Part shown: positions 8,157-17,402 of the stretch, one piece after another | Position numbering within the stretch: the stretch's first letter is position 1 | Layout: every line of letters starts with the position of its first letter | Source: Eubacteriales bacterium | GTDB lineage: Bacteria > Bacillota > Clostridia > Oscillospirales > CAG-382 | Direction of reading: 5' to 3' | Assembly: GCA_045637685.1 (NCBI GenBank) | Contig: JAZTZW010000016.1 | Coordinates: 91,670 to 155,669, forward strand | DNA length: 64,000 bases | The notes under the pieces: generated by a model | Databases searched by the model: none | What the model saw: only the letters and a program-made list of their open reading frames with translations | Told to the model about the DNA's origin: nothing | Translations under genes and position numbers: made by a program

Positions 8157-8987
8157 ATGAGCATTATCGTTGGTATCGACGTCGGCGGAAGCACGACTAA
8201 GATAGTCGGCTTTGACGGCGAAAGGCTTCTTGCGCCCGTTCTTGTAAAGGCGAACGACCCTATCGCTTCGGTTTACGGCGGGTTTGGAAAATTCACCACC
8301 GACAATAAAATTGCCCTTTCGAGCATCGAAAAGGTTATGGTAACGGGTGTAGGCTCGTCCTTCCTCGGCGATAATATATACGGCATCGAAACCGTACATG
8401 TTAATGAGTTTATTGCAAACGGCAAGGGCGGTTTGTATTTAAGCGGGCTTGATGAGGCTATTGTTGTCAGTATGGGCACCGGCACGTCGTTTGTTTATTC
8501 GAACGCAACCGCGGGCGAGCACAGCTATCTCGGCGGTACGGGCGTAGGCGGCGGCACGCTTACCGGACTTTCCGACAGGCTTTTGGGCATACGCTCGGTG
8601 CAAAATATCGCAAGCCTTGCGCTTGAGGGTGACCTAAACAATATCGACCTTCGTATTTCCGATATTACCGAGCACGACATAATCCCCACTCTTTCGAGCA
8701 ACGCGACAGCGGCAAACTTCGGCAAGGTGAGCGACCTCGCCTCGCGCGAGGATATTGCGTTGGGCCTTGTAAATATGGTTTTCGAAACCATCGCGATGCT
8801 TGCCATATTCTCCGCGCGAATGAAAAACATAAAAAGCATCGTGCTTGTGGGCAACCTTTCTGTTCTTCCCCAAGCACCCGTTATATTCGCAGAGCTTGAA
8901 AAAATGTTCGACGTGAAGATATGCATTCCCGAAAACTCGGCGTACGGCACGGTAATCGGCGCCGCGCTCGAGGGCTTGGGCAGATAA
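8157..8987 (+). CDS. coaW: type II pantothenate kinase (Fumble/CoaW family)
   Basis: IVGIDVGGSTTKIV...VTGVGSS...VSMGTGTSFVY...GGTGVGGGTLTGL...AANFGKV match staphylococcal type II PanK motifs. ATG at 8157 follows AGCGAGGT. Confidence 0.65.
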   Translation: MSIIVGIDVGGSTTKIVGFDGERLLAPVLVKANDPIASVYGGFGKFTTDNKIALSSIEKVMVTGVGSSFLGDNIYGIETVHVNEFIANGKGGLYLSGLDEAIVVSMGTGTSFVYSNATAGEHSYLGGTGVGGGTLTGLSDRLLGIRSVQNIASLALEGDLNNIDLRISDITEHDIIPTLSSNATAANFGKVSDLASREDIALGLVNMVFETIAMLAIFSARMKNIKSIVLVGNLSVLPQAPVIFAELEKMFDVKICIPENSAYGTVIGAALEGLGR

Positions 8988-9006
8988 CGCCCGAAAGGAT
9001 AGAAAA

Positions 9007-9396
9007 ATGGCTGAAAACCACCGCTGGAATAAAAAAATATTCGCAATGCTGCTTACCGAGGCAAAGGGTGTGCGCTCGTGGCGTCAGTTCGCCGCAGATT
9101 GCGATATAAGCTACGTTCAAATGCGCAAGCTTGCGCTCGGAACGCAGGAAAATCCCCCGCGTCCCAAGCTTATACGCAAGGTCGCGCTTCACGCATTCGG
9201 CGAAATCGATTTAGAGGATCTGATGTTCGCCGCAGGTATTCATCCGAGCGACACGATGACGCTCCGCGAGAATGCAGAGGTTACCGAAAGTCCTATCGAC
9301 AAATACCGCTCGCTTCCCTCGAAGGAGCGTAAAACCGTTGATAAATTTATCGAATTTTTGCTCGAAGACGTAAAGAAGGGCAATTCCGAACGCTAA
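9007..9396 (+). CDS. small HTH (XRE-like) DNA-binding protein
   Basis: ORF of 129 aa with a SWRQFAADCDISYVQMRKLALG helix-turn-helix-like segment. Confidence 0.5.
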   Translation: MAENHRWNKKIFAMLLTEAKGVRSWRQFAADCDISYVQMRKLALGTQENPPRPKLIRKVALHAFGEIDLEDLMFAAGIHPSDTMTLRENAEVTESPIDKYRSLPSKERKTVDKFIEFLLEDVKKGNSER

Positions 9397-9656
9397 AACA
9401 AAAGCAAAAACGCGATTATAAGCACAAAAATATCGTTTTCGCCCTCGGAATCGAGCAACAAAAGCAGCCCTATTCCTATAAGTATTAAATCGTCAAGCTT
9501 TAAATCCCGCAAAAAATCAAGCCGCAAGCCCTTTTGCTTTTCCTGCTTGACCGAAATTTCGCCATTTTGCGGCGATTCGAAAACAGGCTCGCGGTGAGCT
9601 TCGGTTTTTTCGCGGTTTTCGCGGTTTTCACGGTTTTCGTTGTATTCGCGCTCCAT
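9393..9656 (-). CDS. hypothetical small membrane protein with an N-terminal ENRENRENRE repeat and a C-terminal TM segment
   Basis: ATG at 9656 with GAAGG upstream. The longer ORF, to 9707, begins with GTG. The C-terminus LILIGIGLLLLL...IFVLIIAFLLLF is hydrophobic. Confidence 0.45.
   Translation of the reverse strand: MEREYNENRENRENREKTEAHREPVFESPQNGEISVKQEKQKGLRLDFLRDLKLDDLILIGIGLLLLLDSEGENDIFVLIIAFLLLF
9588..9651. repeat. cgcggttttcgcggttttcacggttttcg repeat (second locus of the ENRENRE coding repeat)
   Basis: Shares the 17-mer ttttcgcggttttcgcg with the ricT N-terminal region (6736-6752). Confidence 0.65.
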
Positions 9657-9716
9657 ATTGTAAAGCTGACCTTCGCTTTTTATTCCACCGAAATCTCTGC
9701 TATACACAAAAACGCC

Positions 9717-10043
9717 TCACTTTCTGAAATTTTTCATTACCGATGCAAGCGCAAGCGCGCGGGTGAGTGCATCGAGTCTTTCGCGCTTTTCCTCGCGCAG
9801 GAGCGGCTTTAACGAGTAAAGCAAGGCTATACGCGGGTCGCTTTGCCGTTCAAACGCCTGCGAAACGGCGGGCAGAGCTTCGGACGCCGGAGCAGTCGAT
9901 TCTCTTTCTGTGCTTTGCGAATCCTGCACAGGCTTGCTTTGCGTATCGGAAAGCCCCAAGCCCGAAGCTATCGACATTATTTTCGACATCGCATCGGAGT
10001 CGGAAAGCAGGCTTTTAAGCTTTTCGGAAAAATCGCTATCCAA
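9717..10043 (-). CDS. hypothetical protein (108 aa)
   Basis: ORF with a TTG start at 10043 preceded by GGGGTG, overlapping the stop of the upstream gene by 8 nt, which suggests translational coupling. No recognisable family. Confidence 0.45.
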   Translation of the reverse strand: MDSDFSEKLKSLLSDSDAMSKIMSIASGLGLSDTQSKPVQDSQSTERESTAPASEALPAVSQAFERQSDPRIALLYSLKPLLREEKRERLDALTRALALASVMKNFRK

Positions 10044-10298
10044 GGTCTACACCCCGCTCGCGAAGCAGACGCATTATCTCCTCGCTTTTTTCCTTCCCCG
10101 CGGAATCGACAAGCTTTTGCGCCTCTTCGGCGGATATCCCAGCGATACGGCGTTTTAGCAGGTCGGGGTTTGAAAGCATCATTTCGGTTTTCATTTTGTT
10201 CGCACCCGCCGCCTCGGCAATACTGCGTGCGAGCGTTGCGAAGCTTTCATCATCCATAGCAAGAAGCTTTTCGAGCTGTTTACGGTTAAGTTCCATAA
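10036..10298 (-). CDS. hypothetical protein (87 aa)
   Basis: ATG at 10298 with GGAGGA 8 nt upstream. The longer ORF to 10434 has no SD and overlaps the divergent gene. Confidence 0.45.
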
Positions 10299-10339
10299 AT
10301 AAATCCTCCGTTTCAATATGTCCAAAAGGAGTGGTAATT

Positions 10340-10846
10340 TTGTATATCTGCAAACCCGAAAGAAGCGTTATGCAGACAAGAATACTTTTGTTCGTCTGTG
10401 CCTTTGTTTCGCTCGCTCTGTTTTTTGTTTCCACGATTTTAACAAGCTATAAGGCTTTTATTGAATTTTGCGGTATCGCGGCGGTAATGGTTTCTATATT
10501 GCTCGTCGTCCGCTATACGCTGACCGAGTTTGAATACGCTGTCGGCGACGGAAGCTTTTCGGTAACGAAAATCGTCGGGAACAAGCGCACGCCGATATGT
10601 CAGGTCGCGCTGGAAACGGCTATCGACCTGCTCGAAAAGCGCGATTACGACCATCTTCCCTCCTCCGAAAAGGCGATAATCAAATATTCGCTCAACCAAA
10701 ACATCAAGGCGGAAAGCTACGTTTTCCTTTGCAGCTTCAACGGAAAGCGCACAATGATCGAATTCGAGCCGAACAAAGAATTCGTCGCCATTGTTAAAAA
10801 CGAGATAAAGAACGCAAAAAACAATCCCGAAAACGAAAACGCATAG
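10340..10846 (+). CDS. hypothetical membrane protein (two N-terminal TM helices)
   Basis: AAAAGGAG RBS at 10324-10331, then an in-frame TTG at 10340. The first ATG is at 10370. ILLFVCAFVSLALFFVSTIL and IAAVMVSILLVV are predicted TM helices. Confidence 0.5.
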   Translation: MYICKPERSVMQTRILLFVCAFVSLALFFVSTILTSYKAFIEFCGIAAVMVSILLVVRYTLTEFEYAVGDGSFSVTKIVGNKRTPICQVALETAIDLLEKRDYDHLPSSEKAIIKYSLNQNIKAESYVFLCSFNGKRTMIEFEPNKEFVAIVKNEIKNAKNNPENENA

Positions 10847-10922
10847 TATATTCTATGCGAAAAAGCTTTCGCTATTGCTTTATAATATAAATTTTATTTT
10901 CTCTCCACGAGGTGAATTCAAA

Positions 10923-12365
10923 ATGTACGACATAACAATAATAGGCGGCGGCGTATGCGGTGCCGCTATTGCGATGCAGCTTTCAAAATACGACGTAAAG
11001 TGCTGCCTGCTTGAAAAGGATAACGATATTGCCATTGGCACGACGAGAGCCAACAGCGGTATTGTTCACGCCGGCTATGACCCCGAGCCCGACACAATAA
11101 TGGCGCGCCTTAACGTGCGCGGCTGTGAGCTTATCGAGGAGCTTGCCGAAAAGCTGAACGTTCCTTATAAAAAATGCGGCTCGATGGTTATTTCCTTCGA
11201 CGCAAAGGACGAAGCGCACCTTCACAAGCTTTACGAGCGCGGTATTGCAAACGGCGTACGCGGAATGGAGCTTTTGGGCAAGGACGCTCTGCTTGAGCGC
11301 GAGCCGAATCTTTCGCCCAACGTAACGGGTGCGCTCTATGCCCCCTCTGCGGCGGTTGTAAATCCGTGGCGGCTTTGCCTTGCTATGGCGGAAACTGCGG
11401 CGAAAAACGGCGTTGAATTCTTCCTTAACAGCGAAGTTACGAAAATCGAAAAGATAAACGGCGCCTTTGCCGTTACCGCAGGCGATAAGCTTATCGACAC
11501 CCGCTATATCATTAACGCGGCGGGGCTTTATTCGGACAAGATTGCCGAGCTTGTTGGGGCAAAGGATTTTGAAATATCTCCCTCCAAGGGGCAGTATTAT
11601 CTGCTCGACAAGACCTCGGATTGGATAGTAAATTCGGTTATATTCCAATGCCCCACCGAAAAGGGCAAGGGCGTACTTGTTTCACCCACCGCGGAAGGCA
11701 ATATTATTATCGGCCCGAACGCAGAAAGCGACAACGAGCGCGACGACGTTTCCACCACCCGCGAAGGGCTTGAATTTGTGGCGGCGGAAGCGGCGAAAAC
11801 CACAAAGCTTATCGATTACCGCGAAAATATCCGTTCGTTTGCGGGTCTTCGCGCAAATTCCGACAAGCACGACTTTATTATCGGCGAATCGGCGCTTTGC
11901 AGGCATTTTATAAACGTTGCGGGCATAAAATCTCCTGGTCTTACCTCCGCACCCGCTATCGGCGAATATGTTGTAGAGGTGCTTGAGGACTGCGGCGTTA
12001 TGCTTACCGAAAAAGAGGGCTGGGAATATCCCGCACCTCACCTTTGCTTTGCCGAGCTTTCGAACGAGGAAAAGGCGGAAGCCTGCAACAGAAACAAGCT
12101 TTACGGCAACGTTATTTGCCGTTGCAACCTCGTTACCGAGGGCGAAATTCTCGATGCGCTCGAAAACTCCTATATAAAGCCCACCACGCTCGACGGCATT
12201 AAACGCCGAACGGGTAGCGGTATGGGCAGATGTCAAGGCGGCTTTTGCGGCGTAAGAATACACGAAATTCTTTGTAAATACTACGGAATCCCTGCCGAAG
12301 AGGTGCTTTGGGACAGGGACGGCTCTTATATAGTTGCAGGAAAGGTCGGTGAAAACAATGACTAA
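10923..12365 (+). CDS. FAD-dependent oxidoreductase, anaerobic glycerol-3-phosphate dehydrogenase (GlpA)-like, with a C-terminal BFD-like [2Fe-2S] domain
   Basis: IIGGGVCGAAIA dinucleotide-binding motif. C-terminal CRCNLVTEGEI...GRCQGGFCG cysteine cluster. GAGGTG RBS before the ATG at 10923. Confidence 0.75.
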   Translation: MYDITIIGGGVCGAAIAMQLSKYDVKCCLLEKDNDIAIGTTRANSGIVHAGYDPEPDTIMARLNVRGCELIEELAEKLNVPYKKCGSMVISFDAKDEAHLHKLYERGIANGVRGMELLGKDALLEREPNLSPNVTGALYAPSAAVVNPWRLCLAMAETAAKNGVEFFLNSEVTKIEKINGAFAVTAGDKLIDTRYIINAAGLYSDKIAELVGAKDFEISPSKGQYYLLDKTSDWIVNSVIFQCPTEKGKGVLVSPTAEGNIIIGPNAESDNERDDVSTTREGLEFVAAEAAKTTKLIDYRENIRSFAGLRANSDKHDFIIGESALCRHFINVAGIKSPGLTSAPAIGEYVVEVLEDCGVMLTEKEGWEYPAPHLCFAELSNEEKAEACNRNKLYGNVICRCNLVTEGEILDALENSYIKPTTLDGIKRRTGSGMGRCQGGFCGVRIHEILCKYYGIPAEEVLWDRDGSYIVAGKVGENND

Positions 12366-13626
12366 ACGCGATATAGTTATCATCGGCGCAGGCCCTGCGG
12401 GTATGGCTGCGGCGGTTGCCGCTTACGAAGCGGGGGTTAAGGATATACTTTTGCTCGAGCGCGATTGCGAGGCGGGCGGTATTCTTAATCAATGCATTCA
12501 CAACGGCTTTGGGCTTCACCGCTTTGGCGAGGAGCTTACCGGCCCCGAATACGCGGGCAGATTTATCGATATGCTTAAAAACACCTCGGTTACGCTTCAG
12601 CTCGGCACGACGGTGTTGAATATCGAAAACAAGATAGTTTCGGCGGTTTCTGTCGAAAACGGCTTCGAACAGATAGAAGCAAAGGCGATAATTCTCGCCA
12701 TGGGCTGCCGCGAGCGCAACAGAGGTCCGATATTTGTCCCCGGCGACAGAGGCAGAGGCGTTTTCACCGCAGGCGCGGCGCAAAGGTACCTTAACATCGA
12801 GGGATACCTTGTAGGTAAAAAAATAGTCATCCTCGGCAGCGGCGATATAGGTCTTATAATGGCAAGACGTATGACATTAGAGGGCGCGCAGGTTCTTGCG
12901 GTTTCGGAAATTATGCCCTATACCAACGGGCTTTCGCGCAATGTTGCACAATGCCTCGAGGATTTCGGAATTCCCCTTTACCTTTCGCATACGGTTACCA
13001 AGGTGCACGGCAAAAACGCACTCGAGGGTATCGAGCTTTCGCAGGTCGGCCCCGATATGAAGCCGATTGCGGGCACCGAAAAGTATTTTGAATGCGACAC
13101 CCTTCTTCTTTCGGTCGGACTTGTTCCCGAAAACGAGCTTACCCGCCAAGCGGGTATCGAGCTTGACGTCCGCACGAAGGGCGCGACCGTCGGCGAGGAT
13201 ATGCAAACCTCAGAGCGCGGTGTTTTTGCCTGCGGCAACGTGCTTCACGTTCACGACCTTGTCGACTATGTTTCGGCGGAAAGCGAGCGTGCGGGCAGAA
13301 GCGCGGCGAAATACGTGCTTTGCGGCGACGAGGAAGAAAACGAATCGATTCCGATTAAAAACGGTGCGGATATAACCTACACCGTGCCGCAAAGAATAAA
13401 CGTAAGCCGTGTCGAAAAATCGGTGGACGTATTTATGCGCGTCCGCAAAAAAATGGAGTCTGCCGATATTGTGGTGGAATCCGAGGGCGAAAAGATTGCA
13501 TCCTTCCAAAGAAAATTCCTTGCGCCCGCAGAAATGCAAAAGATAACGCTTCCCAAGGTATTGCTCGAACGCGCGCACGGCAGTATTACCGTTTCGGCTG
13601 TGGAGCGTGAGGAGGTAACAGAATGA
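12358..13626 (+). CDS. NAD(P)/FAD-dependent pyridine nucleotide-disulfide oxidoreductase (second subunit of the GlpA-like cluster)
   Basis: IVIIGAGPAGMAAA and ILGSGDIGL Rossmann motifs. The start overlaps the upstream stop (ATGACTAA). Confidence 0.75.
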   Translation: MTKRDIVIIGAGPAGMAAAVAAYEAGVKDILLLERDCEAGGILNQCIHNGFGLHRFGEELTGPEYAGRFIDMLKNTSVTLQLGTTVLNIENKIVSAVSVENGFEQIEAKAIILAMGCRERNRGPIFVPGDRGRGVFTAGAAQRYLNIEGYLVGKKIVILGSGDIGLIMARRMTLEGAQVLAVSEIMPYTNGLSRNVAQCLEDFGIPLYLSHTVTKVHGKNALEGIELSQVGPDMKPIAGTEKYFECDTLLLSVGLVPENELTRQAGIELDVRTKGATVGEDMQTSERGVFACGNVLHVHDLVDYVSAESERAGRSAAKYVLCGDEEENESIPIKNGADITYTVPQRINVSRVEKSVDVFMRVRKKMESADIVVESEGEKIASFQRKFLAPAEMQKITLPKVLLERAHGSITVSAVEREEVTE

Positions 13627-13964
13627 AAGAAATGATATGCATAGTTTGCCCCCGCGGATGCCATATTCAGGTAAACGAGGAAACCCTTGAGGTTATCGGC
13701 AACACCTGCCCCCGCGGCGAGGAATACGGCAAAAACGAAATTTCTTCGCCTATGCGCACGGTAACAGGCTCGGTAAGAATAAACGGCGGAATACATCGCC
13801 GCTTGGCTGTTCGCACAGACCGCGCGGTTCCCAAAAGCAAAATGTTCGAAATTATGCGCGAGCTTCATTCCTTTACCGCGCATTCGCCGATAAAGCGCGG
13901 CGAGGTGCTTATAGAAAACGTATGTGCCACCGGCGCAAACGTAATCGCCTCACGCGATATGTAA
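13623..13964 (+). CDS. DUF1667-family small Cys-rich protein
   Basis: CIVCPRGCHIQV...TCPRGEEYG motif. ATGA overlap with the upstream gene. The three-gene arrangement is a recurrent clostridial cluster. Confidence 0.7.
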   Translation: MKEMICIVCPRGCHIQVNEETLEVIGNTCPRGEEYGKNEISSPMRTVTGSVRINGGIHRRLAVRTDRAVPKSKMFEIMRELHSFTAHSPIKRGEVLIENVCATGANVIASRDM

Positions 13965-14039
13965 ATTTTCTTTAAAACGCGACAAAGCTTTGCGTTCCCC
14001 CGTCTTTTATATTAGCTTTTTTTGAACGGAGATAACCGA

Positions 14040-17000
14040 ATGGCAAAAACAAGCAAAACGACCGCAAGAACGAAGAAGGAAATAATGATTGCCGTACTGC
14101 TCGCCGCCTGCCTGCTTTTGGGCGTTGCGGTGATGGTGCTTGTCGAGCAAAAGGTCGGCACGCCCATATTTTATGACGGCGAAATGAAAAACATCTGCGT
14201 TCGCATAAACGAAATTTGCGCGTCGAACAAATCGATTCTCGCCACAGATAACGGGGATTACCCCGATTATATCGAGCTTTACAATTACGGCGACAGCTTT
14301 AATCTCGCCGATTTCGGGCTCGCGAATGATACCGGCAACGGCAAGGCGTATTCCTTCGGCGACATAACCTTCGAAGCGAACAGCTATCTTATTATTTATC
14401 TCGACGGCATTAACGTTCCCTTCAGGCTCTCGTCCGAAGGCAACGAATATATCTCGCTCGTTTCGTGGGATGGCACGGTTATCGATAAAGCCACCACGGT
14501 AAAAACCCTTAGCGACGAGGTTATGCTTTGGACAAACGACGGCTACGAGATATCACGCGAGGCATCGCCGGGGTACCCCAACACCGCAGAAGGCGTTGCG
14601 CAGTTCCGCGCAGGCGAAACCGACGGCTCTCTCTCGCTCGCGATTAACGAAATACTCACGGCAAACGGCTCGGTTTTACCCGATTTTGCGGGAGATTTCT
14701 GCGATATTATCGAAATAAAGAACACCTCCTCTGCCGTAATATCGACAAAGGGCTATTATATTTCCGATTCGCTTGAAAACCGCACAAGGTGCGCACTGCC
14801 CGAAAAAAATCTTGCCCCCGGCGAATTTATGCTGGTTTTCGCATCGGGCAAGGATATTGTTGCCGAAAACGGTGAATTCCACACCGATTTCCGCATATCG
14901 GAAGGTGAAGAAATAGTTCTTTCGGTCGGCAGTAAATACCTTGTTCAAAAATCGGCATACTGCGAAAACAACTATTCACTTTCGCGCATAAACGGCGATA
15001 ACGGATACGAATATGTAAAAATGCTTGCCACCCCCGGTTATGAAAACGACGAATCGGGCAAGGAAGCACTTGAAGAGATAAGAACAGATAAAAACGCCGC
15101 GCTTGTAATAAGCGAGCTATTGCTCTCGCAGGACCTTACCCCCTATGGCGGCAAGCTGCGCGACGTTATCGAAATATGCAATATTTCGGAAAGCGAGGTT
15201 TCGACAAAGGGCTGGTACGTTAGCGATTCCGACGAAGACCCTTACAAATACGCGCTCCCCGAAAAAACGCTCGCTCCCAATGAATGCCTTATTCTTTATG
15301 CTGAAAACGGAAGCGGCGAAAATATATGCGGCTTTGCGCTTTCCTCGGGCGAATCGGTTTACCTTACCACCCCCGAGTTCAAAAAAAGCGAATACGTTTC
15401 CTGCGTTCCCGCAGGCAGAGGTAATTCGCGCAGCTATTCAAGCGAAAACGGCGAAGCGGTTTACACCGACGGCGTTATTTCGATAGGCTTTGCCAACACC
15501 GAGGTAGGGGTTGCGCTTTACGAAAGCTCGGTGCGCCCCGCCGATATTGAAATAAGCGAAATAGTTGCCTCGAACACCGCTTATCTCGCAGGACCTTATA
15601 AAACCTACCACGATTTTATCGAGCTTCACAACCGCACCGACAGCGATATTACGCTTGACGGCTGGTATCTCTCCGACGACCCCGAGCAGCCCTTAAAGGG
15701 CAGTCTTAACGGAGTTACGATTCCTGCAAACGGATATACCGCAATAATACTTTCGAGCGACGGAGTGAACACCCCGCTCGGATACACCGTGCTTAATTTC
15801 GGTGTTAACGCCTCGGGCGAAACGCTTACTCTTTCGAACGGCAACACGATTGTCGACAGCGCGTCTGTTCCCTCGTTGGGTATCAACACCTCGTTCGGCA
15901 GAGCCGAAGGCAGCGACGGCTTTTCGGTGCTTGCATCGGTAACCGCCGAAGCGGCGAACTCCAAGCGCGCCACCGAAAGAACGGCTTCCCCGCAGGCATC
16001 GCTCGGGCAGGGCGTTTACGGCGAAAGCATAACGGTTGAGCTTACGGGCAACGGCAATATTTATTACACGCTTGATTGCACCGAGCCGACCGCCGATTCC
16101 ACCCGCTACACCGCGCCGATAAGCGTTTCCTCCACCACGGTAATTCGCTGTATCGCTATCGAAAACGGCAAGCTTAAAAGCAACGTTACCGACCTTACCT
16201 ATATCGTTAACGAAAACGATACGCTCGAAGCGATATCCATTGTAACAGAGCCCAAGAATTTGTGGGATTACTATTCCGGCATTTACGAAACCGGCCCCCG
16301 CGCCAACGCCGCCTTTCCTTACGAGGGTGCGAATTACTACAACCGTTGGGAACGCGAAGCGAGCGTAAGCTTCTTTGCCCAAACCGACGAAGGCTTTGCC
16401 GAAAACTGCGGTATTCGTATATTCGGCGGTCTTTCGCGTGCGCTTCCCAAAAAATCGTTTGCGCTTTTCTTCCGCTCGGCTTATGGCTCGGACGCATTGT
16501 ATTATCAGCTTTTTCGAGATACCGAGCTCGATTGCTACGAAGCGTTGGTGCTTCGCAATACGGGTCAGGATTTTAAATATTCCTCGATGCGCGACGCTAT
16601 GGTGACAACTATGGCGAACGATATGCTCGGTCTGGACGTGCAAAACTGCCGCCCCGTCGTGCTTTATCTCAACGGCGAATATTGGGGCTTGTATTTCATA
16701 CGTGAAAAGCTTAACCAAAACTACGTTGCACAGCATTACAACTGCGACCCGCTTGAAGCGACGGTTACGGTTGCAAACGGCAGAACGAGCGAAGCCTATA
16801 CGGCGCTTGTGAATTACGCGTCGAGCCACGACCTTTCGGTGCAGGAGCATTACGATTACGTAAGCTCGCTTATGGATATAGAAAACTATATCGACTATAT
16901 CGTTGCCGAAATGATTATATGCAACACCGATAACGGCAATATCCGCTTTTTCACCTACGAAGGGGGAAAATGGCGTTGGATAATGTACGACGTCGACCAC

Positions 17001-17390
17001 GCGTTCCGTTCCTCGAACTATAACACCGTCGCGGACCACCTCGACCCCGCGGGTACGGGCAGTTCGAATATGTTTTCGACAAGACTTATAAACGCGCTTC
17101 TTAAAAACCCCGAATTCAAAAAGAAGTTTTTAGAGGAAATTGCCTACCAGATAAACAACGTCTGGACGAGCGAAAATATCGACAGATACGTCGATGAATT
17201 CAAAAATATGATAATAAACGACATCGGCAAGGACTGCATCCGCTGGGACAGAAATTACGACACGTGGGAATCCTCTGTCGAAAGTCTTAAAAGCTTCGGA
17301 AGAAACCGCGAAAAGTATCTTTTACAGTACGTTAAATCCTATTTCTCGCTTTCCGACGAGCAAATGCGAAGCTACGGCTTTAAGGTTTAG
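14040..17390 (+). CDS. CotH-family protein with N-terminal membrane anchor, four lamin-tail (LTD) domains and a chitobiase/Fn3-like domain
   Basis: Four repeats of the type INEICASN...YPDYIELYN, INEILTANG...DFCDIIEIKN, ISELLLS...DVIEICN and ISEIVASN...DFIELHN. C-terminal CotH region ...CNTDNGNIRFFTYEGGKWRWIMYDVDHAF. N-terminal hydrophobic IMIAVLLAACLLLGVAVMVLV. Confidence 0.75.
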   Translation: MAKTSKTTARTKKEIMIAVLLAACLLLGVAVMVLVEQKVGTPIFYDGEMKNICVRINEICASNKSILATDNGDYPDYIELYNYGDSFNLADFGLANDTGNGKAYSFGDITFEANSYLIIYLDGINVPFRLSSEGNEYISLVSWDGTVIDKATTVKTLSDEVMLWTNDGYEISREASPGYPNTAEGVAQFRAGETDGSLSLAINEILTANGSVLPDFAGDFCDIIEIKNTSSAVISTKGYYISDSLENRTRCALPEKNLAPGEFMLVFASGKDIVAENGEFHTDFRISEGEEIVLSVGSKYLVQKSAYCENNYSLSRINGDNGYEYVKMLATPGYENDESGKEALEEIRTDKNAALVISELLLSQDLTPYGGKLRDVIEICNISESEVSTKGWYVSDSDEDPYKYALPEKTLAPNECLILYAENGSGENICGFALSSGESVYLTTPEFKKSEYVSCVPAGRGNSRSYSSENGEAVYTDGVISIGFANTEVGVALYESSVRPADIEISEIVASNTAYLAGPYKTYHDFIELHNRTDSDITLDGWYLSDDPEQPLKGSLNGVTIPANGYTAIILSSDGVNTPLGYTVLNFGVNASGETLTLSNGNTIVDSASVPSLGINTSFGRAEGSDGFSVLASVTAEAANSKRATERTASPQASLGQGVYGESITVELTGNGNIYYTLDCTEPTADSTRYTAPISVSSTTVIRCIAIENGKLKSNVTDLTYIVNENDTLEAISIVTEPKNLWDYYSGIYETGPRANAAFPYEGANYYNRWEREASVSFFAQTDEGFAENCGIRIFGGLSRALPKKSFALFFRSAYGSDALYYQLFRDTELDCYEALVLRNTGQDFKYSSMRDAMVTTMANDMLGLDVQNCRPVVLYLNGEYWGLYFIREKLNQNYVAQHYNCDPLEATVTVANGRTSEAYTALVNYASSHDLSVQEHYDYVSSLMDIENYIDYIVAEMIICNTDNGNIRFFTYEGGKWRWIMYDVDHAFRSSNYNTVADHLDPAGTGSSNMFSTRLINALLKNPEFKKKFLEEIAYQINNVWTSENIDRYVDEFKNMIINDIGKDCIRWDRNYDTWESSVESLKSFGRNREKYLLQYVKSYFSLSDEQMRSYGFKV

Positions 17391-17402
17391 GGAGGTGCTC
17401 TG

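Noticed and set aside
10196-10434. Long overlapping forms of the divergent ORFs (10196-10846 plus-strand and 10036-10434 minus-strand)
   Set aside because: The two long forms overlap for 239 nt on opposite strands. Internal starts with strong RBSs (AAAAGGAG-TTG at 10340; GGAGGA-ATG at 10298) give non-overlapping, compact genes, so I preferred those.
15693-17039. 448-aa minus-strand ORF, and several similar long antisense ORFs (25444-26895, 60761-61906, 33679-34878, 36678-37682, 31665-32585, 49483-50313)
   Set aside because: Each lies entirely antisense to a well-supported conserved gene: cotH, the sugar kinase, murA, the ABC transporter genes, argG, argF and ecfT. Their Arg/Gly/Ala-rich composition is what you expect from reverse frames of GC-rich coding DNA. 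None has a convincing RBS.
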